Assembly: GCA_964035545.1 (NCBI GenBank)
Contig: OZ037768.1
Span: forward strand, 22,477,319 to 22,541,318
DNA: 64,000 nt
Direction: 5' to 3'
Source of the DNA: Bugula neritina
Taxonomy: Eukaryota > Animalia > Bryozoa
Shown: piece by piece, positions 1 through 12,600 of the stretch
Layout: the number at the start of each line of letters is the position of its first letter
How positions within the stretch are numbered: the first letter of the stretch is position 1
Notes under the pieces: model-generated
Told to the model about the DNA's origin: nothing
Database searches by the model: none
What the model saw: only the letters and a program-made list of their open reading frames with translations
Made by a program: the position numbers and the translations under genes

Positions 1-121
1 CCAGTAAATGTAATACTATTAGTTTTACTATTACTATTAGTATTACTATTTACTACCTATTAGAGTATTACTATTAGTATAACTATAACTATAAGTATTA
101 CTAATGTAGTAAAAAATATTA

Positions 122-1107
122 TTAGAGCCATCGAGCAGTACACGTTGCGTCAAGTTGACGGCCCTGAATAACAATATTGTGAATATAGAGACTAGGTCAA
201 GGTGATTTTTATCGGACTTGCAAGTTAAATCATTCTGGCAATATAATTTAACTAACTCAAAGCTAGGTCAACTAATTTTGATATATTGTGATTGGTTGAT
301 ACAAGCTGTAATGCTAATTTTATATTAAATTTGTTGAGTTTTATAAAATTTTTGTATGTAAATAATTGGTTGTACTCCAAGACGTCCGTTTTGTGCTCCA
401 AGACGTCCGTAATATGGATATAAATAGAGTTGTAATTTTTAGTAGCAGTCAGTCGACTGTTGCCTGTTGTAATGTTTATAATTGACTCTTATAAATATAA
501 TAAATTTTATTCTTTGCGAAATACTCTGCTCTTTGATTAGGTTGCTATTGAGTTGGCAATAGTGGTGGTTAGTTTCTATAGGTTTGTCAATGGTGATTAC
601 TTGCGCTGCAATTCCTGTTGAATCTCGGTGATTCAAATCCCAGGAATCTGATTTCTGTCACTGTCTCTGACTACAACTGCTGTGATATAAATCGGCGAAC
701 CATAGCCGTGTCCCTGTCACGCTCCAGCACTGTTACCGAACACCAGAAATCATTTTTTCCACTGTAGTGACTCTCTTGCGTTGCGGAATTCCTGTCGAGT
801 CTCTGCGATTCGAACATCAGGAATTAGATTTCTGTCACTGTCTCTGACTACAGTTGCTGTGATATAAATCGGCGAACCATAGCCGTGTCCCTATCACACT
901 CCAGCACTGTTACCGAACACCAGAAATCAATAGTCACTGGAAAATATTAAAATCACATTAGCAAATAATTTGGCAACAAACAGTATTAGATAGTTTAATT
1001 AGTTTTCCGCACAAGGGAATTCTATTCCGGCCCTCATTGTTAAGTGAGATTACTTACCGTCAATAGTGACACCTGGTGTCAGACACAAATTCACTTCACT
1101 AAGTCTA
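122..1107. mobile_element. Possible non-autonomous Helentron/HINE-like element carrying an internal tandem repeat
   Basis: Palindromes near both ends (CGTCAA-G-TTGACG 148-160; TGACACC-T-GGTGTCA 1067-1081), a short subterminal inverted pair (TTGACGG 155-161 / CCGTCAA 1057-1063), an internal ~178-bp tandem duplication, and AT-rich flanks. No second copy in the window. Confidence 0.35.
601..930. repeat. Two-copy ~178-bp tandem repeat
   Basis: The block gatttctgtcactgtctctgactaca...gctgtgatataaatcggcgaaccatagccgtgtccct...ctccagcactgttaccgaacaccagaaatca occurs at ~650-752 and again at ~827-929. Confidence 0.9.
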
Positions 1108-1335
1108 ATAGTAATAGTAATACTAATAGTAGGTAACAGTAAGAGTAATACTAATAGTAATACTAATAGTAATACTAATAGTAATAGTAATACTAAATAG
1201 TAATAGTAATACTAATACTAATAGTAATACAGTAATACTAATAGTAATAGTTATACTTATACTATAGTATTAGTAATACTAATACTAATACTAATAGTAA
1301 TACTTATAGTTAATGTTATAGTAATAAGTAATAGC
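1107..1335. repeat. Degenerate (AGTAAT/ACTAAT)n low-complexity tract
   Basis: Period-6 tagtaa/tactaa repeats; similar tracts at 1-120 and 2085-2235. Confidence 0.85.
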
Positions 1336-2617
1336 TAAAACCTATAAAAAAAAACACAACTTAAATTTATTCAATTCCGAAGTTGAAACAATTAACATAC
1401 AATATAAAGGCTACGTGATGATTTCAAAAGTCAGCTGCAACGTGTCCAATATCTCCAGGAAGACACACCTTTATTTGCATCATCCCACACTCAGATTGAG
1501 ACGGTACCAATTATAACCTAATTTAGCCATCATGGAATTGTTAGAAGCAGCGCAAATTAGATAATAATCGCGTGCAGGATCTGTAAAAACGTCGTTATTC
1601 TAACCTCAAAGTCGCAACACCAAACTCGATTGCTTCAAACTAATGCGTTTAGTAACTACCGATTTTGTGCTGCTTCAAACGATTCTTAACCATTTATGAT
1701 CATGGCGGAGGTAATGTAGTAGTTCTGAACCAATTAAAACATGAGAGAGAAACCTTGACCGAAGCAGGACTTCATATCAAATAATTCTAATTACAGGTAG
1801 ATTCCCTTTACAAACCCATAAATGTACTGTATAAATGTACTGCAATTAAAAAGGGGTTTATTGACCCTTTTTGGACTACTTCAAGGACGTTTTTTTCCTG
1901 GTCAACTGCATTAGATATATTATTAATAATAATGTAATTATATTGATCAATTATTATCATGTTAAATTTAATAATAATAAATAGTATTACTAATCCTCGG
2001 TTTAATACTAATAGTATAAAGTTAGATTTATCTTAATCATACATTTTATTATAAAAGTAGTTTATTTAATTTTATTTTTTATCACTATCAGTATGAGTAT
2101 GAGTATCAGTAAAACTGAAAGTAAAAGTAAAACTAATAGTAAAAGTAAATGTAATCAATTACTATTAGTATTACTGCATTAGTATTAGTATTACTAATAG
2201 TAATAGTAATACTGTATAAGTGTATTACTAATAATATTGCTAAATACTATGTTCTATATTTTACAGGCATAGCTGTTTTTTGCCATGCCTTTATCACAGT
2301 TTATGGCTTATGATTTTAGTTAATAAATGATGCCGCCAGGCTAATGTTTACCCTGTAGGCTGTAGTGCTTATATAATTATACTTATAGTTCTATTTCTAC
2401 AACTAGTTTAAATATGCATTCTCATTCCTCATACTGATGCAAACACTTTTCCATGCTTCAACTTCATGCTTTTATTATTGTGATTATTAGATCTAATATA
2501 ATGAGTATAATATAAGAGTATGCATTTTAGTAACGCTTTGTTTTAAAGAAACCTGCCTCATAACATTGTTGCAGATATTTTACCTTCTTCTGTTTGTCCT
2601 AAGCTGACTCTACCACT

Positions 2618-5600
2618 ATGCCAACACCAAGGGTGAATTTTGCTGACTTGAGAGCGTGAGTATATGCATTAGGATGCTACTAAATCGTCAAGTTGTAAAC
2701 TTATTCAATCTATTTGAGATTAATTAATCTTGCAAAAAAGGATTTTAATTTTAGTTTGAAGTATCTTTAATTTTTATTTTGCAAAAACATTTTGGAATTT
2801 TTGTGCAGTTATCCGATAAATAAATGTGTATATATAGTTATTTAGTAATAAACATAGCAATTCAAAGTTGTTTGTTTTAATAAGTCACAAAAATCACTTA
2901 ATTCACTACCATAGTGTTCAGTTATAGAGAAACTTGACTATTTTAAATTATTTGGCAGAGATAATGGATCAGCCCTAAACTCCAGTTTACTACACTCTCA
3001 CCATTACAAACAGTCCGGTCACCTACCGAACGCCTTTTACGTCACACTCTGCGCCATATTTCAAGTGGAGACAAATCCTGCTGACAGGTATGACTCAAGT
3101 GTAACTTTTTACTATTTAAATGGCTATTTATTGACTAAGTTTATGTTTCTGTATGTTACCAAAAATGTTAATAACATTGTATAGCTGTATGCTACTAGAA
3201 TTGTATAGCTGTATGCTACTAACAATGTGCAATGATAATCTAATTTAGTAATAATATAATATAATAATACCAATAATCTAATATAGTATTACTACCACCC
3301 GCGCAGGACCACTGCGATGAAAGGTGACCAAAGGTGGCCATAATGTAATAATATCAATGATCACTATGTTGATCATTGATATTATTACTAAGTTCATAAT
3401 AATATAGTGCAACAACAATATAATGTAGTAAAAGTATAATCTATACACTGCAAAATTTTGTAGAGCTGTTATTGGCAGAGCAGTGTTTATCTTAACAGTG
3501 CTGATATCATTGGGCTACCTGGTAGCAGACATAACTTTTACTATATGGGATATCAAGAGTGGACATACTAAACAGACTGTTACTACAGGCCTGTTCAGCA
3601 TATTCATTTCACTCATCTGGTAGGTGTATCAGCATATTATTCATTTCACTCATATGGTAGGTGTATCAGCATATTCATTTCACTCATCTGGTAGGTGTAT
3701 CAGCGTATTATTCATTTCACTCATATGGTAGGTGTATCAGCATATTATTCATTTCACTCATATGGTAGGTGTATCAGCGTATTATTCATTTCACTCATAT
3801 GGTAGGTGTATCAGTGTATTATTCATTTCACTCATCTGGTAGGCGTATCAGCGTATTATTCATTTCACTCATATGGTAGGTGTATCAGCGTATTATTCAT
3901 TTCACTCATATGGTAGGTGTATCAGCGTATTATTCATTTCCCTCATCTGGTAGGTGTATTAGTGTATTATTCATTTCACTTGTATGGTCTCTGTTTTTGC
4001 AACATATTTTATTCAGAATTATTTTGTCTTGCTATAAGACAAACTCGGTACTGGTTAAAACATAATTTTCTTTTCTTTGGACTTGGCCTTTCATTAATTT
4101 AAACTGAAAACCTTGCCTTTTGGGTGCTCTCTACACACATACGCGAACAGACACACACATTTATTTGTTTTACCTATTTCGTATTGTTGAGAGTTGTCTT
4201 ATATTGGCAGGGTCACTCTGGGTATGTATGCTAATAGATTGGGAAGACGACTGCTAAAAAGCTCATCAGTTGTAAACGACTTGAGACTTCATTCCAAGAC
4301 AGTATTTAAAGTGCCGGCTGCAGTGCTTGTAACTCTATTAGCTCTAGTCGTTGTTACTATCTCTAACTACAGGTGTGTACCTGTGGCAACTGTGAGAAAT
4401 TACAGTAGTCACTACAGTAGCTACAGTAGCTATAGTAAATTTACTAACTAAATACATGATTTTTACCTCCTGCTTGTTGTGTTTGGTTTTTGTGTCGCAA
4501 CATACACTTTAGAAGTTTAGACCATAAAATGTTGCATTATGTTATATATTCTGTAATGTATAACTGCGATGATATGTTTTTTAGAAATAACACATCATAC
4601 GTATTTTAAAAAGATTATCAATGACAATTCAAAATAAACCATCGATTTATTATAATGGAATAATTCCTATATATAAGTTCTTCTGCACTAACTGTTGCAG
4701 TGCATTCAAATTCTACTGGGACTCCAAGGCGTGTGTCGAAGTTTCATTGGACGGATCTCTCTGTAAAGTCATATTTATCCTCCGTATTTGCCAGACCTTC
4801 TTCCTGTTGCTTTTCAATTGCTGCGTCGCCACAGCCGTCCTCTCCATATGCAGAACTCATACTATTGGTAAGTTTTAGATCTTAGGCTATTAGTTAATTA
4901 GTTATATATTATAGTATGTGTTACATGAATTGTCTTCCCTTTTCTTAGGAGTTCGCAGGTTCCTAAGAGCTCTAGAGAATGATGGGCAAACTTGTGAGTT
5001 GAAACACCGTAAGAGGTTTATGAAGGCACAGTTTTCCGCTTCCCACAATCTCAGTGGTAAGTACTTAATACTTTAGTAATTACTGCTAGTAGTAAGTAGT
5101 ATGTAGTTACTAGTAGTCAGCAGTATATAGTCACTAGTGGTTAGTAGTATATAGTTACTAGTAGTTAGTAGTACAGTTACTAGTAGTTAGTAGTATATAG
5201 TCACTAGTAGTTAGTAGTAAATTCTCAGGTTACAAATGTTGGTGTTCACACAGACGGTATAACCATACTAAATAAAAATTTAGGATTTATCTCTATACTC
5301 TTATACATACGCTAATTCAAACCGATGCAATGCATGTACATGATTGTTTAACTTTTACACTTTCATTTTTTGAGAATAGATGTTTTAGGCACTAGTAGAT
5401 ATGGGGTTGTCCTATCTTCTACAAAACGGTCACATGATCAACAAGTGTTTGTGCTTTAGAACTTTATCTGCCAGAACGATGTTATCACGAAGACTCTGAC
5501 TCAGATACTGGTAATGAGGAGGGGGATAACACCCCCCTACTTAGTTACGTGCAGAATCCAGAATCAGGGGCTATAGCCAGCAGCTCTAATGACACATCTA

Positions 5601-7197
5601 TTCAGTATTCTGGACCCAGGTCTACAGTAAGTGTAATCCATCATTATATTGTTATATATTCACTATATATTCACGTAGGTTGAGAGTTGTCTTCTTTTAA
5701 ATGAGTTTATAGAATACTCGTTTCTAAACTTTGCTTATCATAATAAACTGATGTGTTTGCAGGTAACACCCACTCCTGATGGTTTAATCCTCAGTAAAGA
5801 TGATATACTCTTCTCTTACTGGAAGTTGGCTGTGAGTTGGAAAAAGTGTAGCTATTGATAAAGCAGACAACTTCAATATGTATTTCTTATAGTGCTAGTT
5901 GCATCTGGAATAATATATTGTATTGTAAAGGATTTTTGTTTTTAGTTTGGAGGGGGATCAAAGCCTACCTCCTGATTTAGCTATTGTGTTGTGTAACTTA
6001 GGCTATCACTGTAGTTATTATTTAGCAGAAGCATAAATTCACACAGCACCTGATTGTTATGTTAATTGTTAAGTGACCACTCACTTACAACAGTTGAGTT
6101 TACTGGTAATAATCTTATTTTTAGTTCAAATCATGCAAGCATAAATGATAAGGTTGATTCATGTTTTGGTCATGTGATCTGTTACAGAGTCGTATGCGAA
6201 TGACGTCACGCGTATTACAAAGATGGATGGCTTCGTGGATAGCATTTACGATTCTGTGGCTTTTGAAGTGGATCATCACCTGGTTGCATCACCCGTCTTC
6301 GTACCTGGAGATTGCTCAGTTCGTCTTACCTCTACTCATGACGCTCATTCTTTGCACCGCTTATGGAGAGGCCAATGGCGAAGCGGCAAAGATAATATCG
6401 GTAAGTGGAGCTAACTTCTAAATTCCAATGTCCTTGTATGTATTTGTAAAATGAAAGTATCAACATTAATGCATTATTTAGACTTTTAGTAAACGGATAT
6501 TTATAATTATTTTTACTTCTCGTTTCATTTGTAAAACAATTTTTAGCTATGTGTTAGCATTTTTGTATTGTCGCTTTTATTATAGCATAATTAGTACAAT
6601 GTAATGTGCATAATTACATGTGCATAAGAGAAAGCGAAGTAATGAAATTTATTTTTGCAAATTAAATAAAATAGCAGTTCGATAGTTTATCCAATTAGTG
6701 AAGTAAGGTTCTGTGCTCATCTTTAAACCTCCTCGCCATTTTGGTTGTAATATATTTTGTCCTAGGTATTATATTATTTTATTTAATAACAGTATATATT
6801 ATATTATTTTATTTTGTTAATAGTGTATATTATATTATTTTATTTAATAATAGTATATATTATATTATTTTATTTATTAATAGTGTATATTATATTATTT
6901 TATTTAATAATAATAATATATATTATATTATTTTATTTATTAATAGTATATATTATATTATTTTATTTAATAATAGTATATATTATATTGTTTTATTGCT
7001 TCACTTCATAGAGTATAACTCCACTACAAGACAGGCTGGATGTGATCAGAGCTCTACCCAACATCAATATTGGTATGACTTTATACAGCAAGCCCATAGA
7101 GTACAGCGGCATCTTAGCTGTAGTGGCAGCCATTGGCTTAGCCTTGTCTTCTAGAATGATCCTTGATGAGTTTCTACCTCCCAGCCCGCACAGTTAA
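2618..7197 (+). CDS. Seven-TM membrane protein, gustatory-receptor-like / 7TM ion channel (7TMIC, DUF3537-like) architecture; 10 exons, 464 aa
   Basis: Exons 2618-2655, 2959-3087, 3464-3619, 4211-4372, 4701-4867, 4949-5056, 5460-5626, 5763-5831, 6188-6400, 7012-7197; all GT-AG, phases consistent, 1395 nt with no internal stop. Seven hydrophobic segments (AVFILTVLISLGYLVA; GLFSIFISLIWVTLGMY; AAVLVTLLALVVVTI; FILRICQTFFLLLFNCCVATAVLSIC; WMASWIAFTILWLLKWII; IAQFVLPLLMTLILCTAY; YSGILAVVAAIGLAL), a long acidic TM4-TM5 loop, no signal peptide. The gene model is solid; the family assignment is inference. Confidence 0.85.
3596..3980 (+). repeat. 37-bp minisatellite made of exon-3 end plus splice donor, ~10 copies
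   Basis: Unit cagcrtattattcatttcactcatmtg|gtaggtgtat; donor GT at 3620, 3657, 3691, 3728, 3765, 3802, 3839, 3876, 3913, 3950. Confidence 0.95.
6768..6997. repeat. ~30-bp AT-rich minisatellite in the last intron of the 7TM gene
   Basis: Repeats of tatattattttatttaataatagtatatat; source of spurious ORFs 6741-7154 and 6814-7011. Confidence 0.9.
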
Positions 7198-8533
7198 CTT
7201 TATTACTCACAACCCTCAGTTTACACAATCAAGATTTATTCTCCCTTTGTACTCTGTCATTCCTATAACTTCATTACATTCTTTCCCCTGGAATTCCATA
7301 CTCCCCAAGGTGGTTTTATTGGTGCTAAATAACTATTTCCTGATGATTATTCTCTTTCTTCCGAATATATATTGTATTATTATTTTATTTCAGTGTATTT
7401 TATACCATTTATAATGATAAATATTTTTGTATATGCAATATTATAAATTCCTACAATGCTTTTTTTCTTTTTAGAACTAGCACACATTATTTAGGCGCTT
7501 TTATGTCTCAAATTGGGTGCTGTAAATTCACAAATCAACTTTTTGTTAGATGCAATAAGCCATGCAATAATTAATTTATGTTATTTTATAGTAACACACA
7601 ATATTATAATATATTGATTTTTGTTGAAGAACAATAATAAATATTGAAACCACTCCTAATTATTTTAGACAAATCAATGGTCAAAATAAAAGAAAATATT
7701 TTCAATGATCCCATTATGTTTAATTAGAACTCTTGTACTTTCAATAGGCCTATATTATCTGAATACCATCACTTCTCTGTTACTGGCTCTAACCTACACA
7801 CATGCAGTTGGGTGAAAATCAAGGTTTTGGAATGCTAGATATTTTTCAACAATTTAAATTTGCAAGCATTGGTTTCACAAAGTCATTTTAGCATCTTGAC
7901 CTAAAAAATGTAATCTTTAACATATAAAATTTTGATGGCAATATGCCAAAGAGTTATATAATATGATTATTGTGTTATAAGCATCAGGTGGACATAACTA
8001 ACAATGGAGCCATCTAAACTCTCACAGATATTTCAAGGTATCTAGAATTTAGGGATCTGAAACTTCAATGCTCAGAGAATAATCTAAAATCTAGCCAGCC
8101 GAACACGTTAGTGTTAGTAAAAAGAGCACATTGAGGCGCAGTAATTTTTCAATTTTTCTAATTATTGCTATTTTGGGCTCGGGTTTTTGCACAGACATAT
8201 TAACTTTTGTTGCTACCTTTTTTCTTCTAAAGCACAGGCTCTTTATAATTCAGAAAATGATCTAGCTATATAGTCGAGTATCAATAATTAGTGTCAGGGT
8301 TGGTGGTTCAGAGGTTTGTTTGATGCTCTAATATAGCACACACTGTGCCCTGCTGGTGAATGCAACTCAACAGGACCATGGATGATGCCAAAATCATCTT
8401 CAACTATGTTGAACAATAGAATAACCAGTCGTTTTGTCAGGATAGAGTAAGGTAAAACTTTTGACCATTGGTTATTCACACTATAAACAAGGCTGTTGAT
8501 AGATTTCATTATTTGCAACATCTCATGTTGTAG

Positions 8534-8996
8534 TAACCAATAAAGATGGAACAAAAAACATTACAAAGTTAGTTGTCTTTGGAACAATTGGTTTAGCCGC
8601 AACTGCAGGTGCTTCATATGCTATCTATGTTTCACTTGGTATGCCGTTTCACCAGAACCGATGCAAATTTGTTTGGTAAGCGCTAAGACGGTCAGTGTAT
8701 CGTATATGCTGTGCGCAGAAAAACTGGATTTTACTTGTAAATTGCTGAAATATTTGTCTAACTTCCTTTTCTTTGATCTTTAATGTAACAATTCTTTAGT
8801 AACAATTCTAACGATATTTTGTTTATTTAGGAGAAAAGCTATGAGGACTTTCAGAACTTTCAGCCAGACATTTGTGCAGCCGATTCTCCAGTCAAGGGCC
8901 AAGGATTTTCAAAGAGTTGCCGATTTTATCGAGGAAAAATTTAGTATCCAAGACGGCTTCCTGATGAGTCACCCAATCATTATCAACATACATTAA
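8534..8996 (+). CDS. Putative small two-exon ORF with one hydrophobic segment; 5' end unresolved
   Basis: AG|8534-8675|GTAAG and TTTAG|8831-8996 (TAA) join in frame (..KLVVFGTIGLAATAGASYAIYVSLGMPFHQNRCKFVW/RKAMRTFRTFSQTF..); AATAAA at ~9069. No in-frame upstream exon or ATG found other than ATG 8641. Confidence 0.25.
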
Positions 8997-9628
8997 CATT
9001 ACTCATACATAGTATTTACCTGTATTAGGGATTTATTATATGCTGGCATATTAGCAGTTAATTATTACAATAAATATATTCTCTTAATTTCAGACTGGTA
9101 ATTTTTGTACTTTTCCACATCAACAGAAATCTCAAAATTTACTGACCAATATGTTTTGCACTCTATAAAATAATATAATATTCTAAAATACAGGACAACA
9201 AAAGTGTCCAGAAGGTTGTCAGTTAATAATGCATCACCTTTCCGTATGTATCAGCATAGAATCTACTCTTTTGATGCACATACATTTAGTATGCTTCTTG
9301 TGGCACTAAACATTATTTTTAAGCTGCAGAAGAGCTTTAAACAAGCTTTTGTCTGCAGTCTCTATTGTATCTCTCAAACGGAAGTGATCTAAAACACTAG
9401 ACTTTCGCTAAACAAATATTTTTGAAGTAAAATTTTTTCCACGGAGTTGAGTTTCAAATAGAAGAATAGCGACAAATAGTTCAAGAAGTTCTATTACGAG
9501 CAGTTACACATTTTATTAACAATGTATATGAAACTAAGAAATGTAAACATGAAACAAAATAAAAATGATGCAAAAAAATTGATGCAGAAGAATGAAACGC
9601 TACTAAAGTATGAAACAGTCCAACATGG

Positions 9629-12600
9629 CTACCGGTGTCGTGTGGGTGTCTTGACCGGGCTCTTCCTGTTGTTCTCCAATGTGTTATCTGGGTACGGAGT
9701 TAGATCCAGAGTGACCACCCGACTCTCCACACAGTCTCCTTCCTGAACGTGGAGATAGTGAATAATTAGGTCATGGGAGTGTGAGTAATTAGGTCGTAGA
9801 AATGTGAAAAATTAAGTCAAATGTAGTGTAAAGAGTGAAATATATAACAAATGCTATAAGGCAACTGGACATGGTGAATGGCATGCTATATTGATAAATT
9901 GTTATTCTAGAACCAATGTAGAACCTGTATATTTATTTATATTATTTTATTAGTGTATCTCATCATCTAACATACGTGATTAACCATAAATGGTTAGGAT
10001 ACTAACTCTAGGATATATAGTTAGGATACTAACCCTAGGATATATATGGTAATGATACTAACCCTAGGATATATATGGTTAGGATACTAACCCTGGGGTA
10101 TATAGTAAGGATACTAACCCTGGAATATATAGTAAGAATACTAACCCTGGGGTATATAGTAAGGATATATATGGTAAGGATACTAACCCTAGGATATATA
10201 TATAGTAAGGATACTAACCCTAGGATATATATAGTAAGGATACTAACCCTAGGATATATGGTAAGGATACTAACCCTGGGGTAGACGCCGATCAAAGCAT
10301 CAACATGAGAGTAGAATTCTTCTTTCAGAGAAATTACTATCAGCTGGAAGTTATTTTCCGCCTCTTCTTTCATAAATGCAGCAACCTACAGGTAAGTATA
10401 GAGTAACCTACAGGTAAGTACAGAGTAAGTATGTAGAGCAACCTACAAGTAATTAGAGTAACATACAAGTAAGTACGGAGTAAGTACAGAGTAAGTACAT
10501 AGTAACCTACAGGTAAGTACAGAGTAACCGACAGGTAAGTACAGAGTAAGTATGTAGAGTAGTTAGAGTAACCTACAGGTAAGTACAGAGTAAGTATAGT
10601 AACCTACAGGTAAGTACAGAGTAACCTACAGAGTAAGTACAGAGTAAGTACAGAGTAAGTACAGAGTAACCTACAGGTAAGTACATAGTAACCTACAGGT
10701 AAGTACAGAGTAAGTACATAGTAAGTACAGAGTAAGTACAGAGTAAGTACAGCATACCTTGCCGATGTTAGTGTTGTCCAGGGCAGCATCAACTTCATCC
10801 AGGACAAAGAAGGGAGCAGGTTGGAAGCTACAAGACAGTATATACAGTATACAGTATACAGTTATACACTATACAGTTATACACTGTATACAGTATATAC
10901 AGTGTACAGGTATACACTATACAGTATACACTATACAGTATATACACTATACAGTATACAGATATACAGTGTACAGTTATACAGTATACAGATATACACT
11001 ATACAGTATATACACTATACAGTATACTGTATATACACTATACAGATATACAGTATACTGTATATACACTATACAGATATACAGTATACAGATATACACT
11101 ATACAGATATACAGTATACAGATATACACTATACATATATACACTATACAGATACACACTATACAGTATACTGTATATATACTATACAGATATACAGTAT
11201 ACAGATATACACTATACAGTATACTGTATATACACTATACAGATATACAGTATACAGATATACACTATACAGTATACACTATACAGATACACACTATACA
11301 GTATACTGTATATACACTATACAGATATACAGTATACAGATATACACTATACAGATATACACTATACAGATATACTCTATACAGTATATACTCTATAGTC
11401 CATACAGTATATACACACCTGTGCATGGCGAAGAGAAGTGCCAAAGCGGCCACAGTTTTCTCGCCACCAGAGAGGTTGTCCATTGGTCTGAACCTCTTCC
11501 CTGGCGCCACGCAGTTATAGTTGATACCCTCCAGGTACGGCTCCTCTACGTTCTCAGGGCCGAGGAAGGCCTGGGCACTGTTGTTTCTGGTGAGACTCTA
11601 GACAGAAGAGACAGAGAATAGAGTGTCCAGAGAGTAGTATAATACATAGTAGTGGAGACAAAGGTAGGGCAACCCTTGAATATACATAATCTATTGAATT
11701 AATACAGAGAGGGAACAGCTGTGGTCTAGCGATTAGAGCATTGGCTTAGTAAACACCAAGTCATGGGTTTGAACCCCAGTAAAGGCCATTGGTGATGTTA
11801 GGAAGAGCATCCAGTCATAATTGCTCCTGTGTCACATCCAAATAAGTCATCAGCCCGCTTTAAAACCATTTTCATCAGAGGTTCTCACAGGGATAGTGAC
11901 TATAAACTTCCGTGAGTTTTTATTTAATTAATATACAGATTATATAAGCCAACCTTTCACCCAAGTGAGTTTATAACACGCAGATATATAGACAAACAAT
12001 ACGAAACTTATGAATCAAGAGAAAACACGCTACATGCTCTTACTTTGTAAATGTCGTCGATTCGATCTGCCACTTTCTCGAAGCACTTGTTGAACTTGTC
12101 AAACCTCTCTCGTCTGATCTTCTCAAATATCTGTTTAGTCTTTCTGGCGGATCTCTTGGCTCTCTCAAACTCATCTGCTGTTTCTACGAACTTTTCCTGT
12201 ACTGTTTCCAGTCTACAATACAGTATGTGTACATTATTACACACTCTACTACAGTACGTGTACATTATTACAAACTCTACTACAGTACGTGTACATTATT
12301 ACACACTCTACTACAGTATGTGTACATTGTTACACACTCTACTACAGTATGTGTACATTGTTACACAGGCTAATACAGTACGTGTACATTTACTCCACAC
12401 AGTATGCGCACACTGCCAACACAACTCTGTGAGAGACTCACTTTTCCAGAGCTCTGAGATTGGGTGCAGCTATACGCTGTATGGTAGACTCCAACTCTGA
12501 TATAGCTCTGATCAGTTGCTCCTCCATACGTTGTACTTCTTCACTTCCGTCCAACTAATAACATGACGCAAATGTTATACATTACTTTACGTTACTCTAC

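Noticed and set aside
3596-3980. CRISPR-like appearance of the 37-bp and other 20-33-bp arrays
   Set aside because: Head-to-tail units with no unique spacers, no cas genes, eukaryotic intron context.
10759-11621. Long 253/266-aa plus-strand ORFs rich in Y/T/I
   Set aside because: Read-through of an intronic satellite plus the antisense strand of SMC1 exons.
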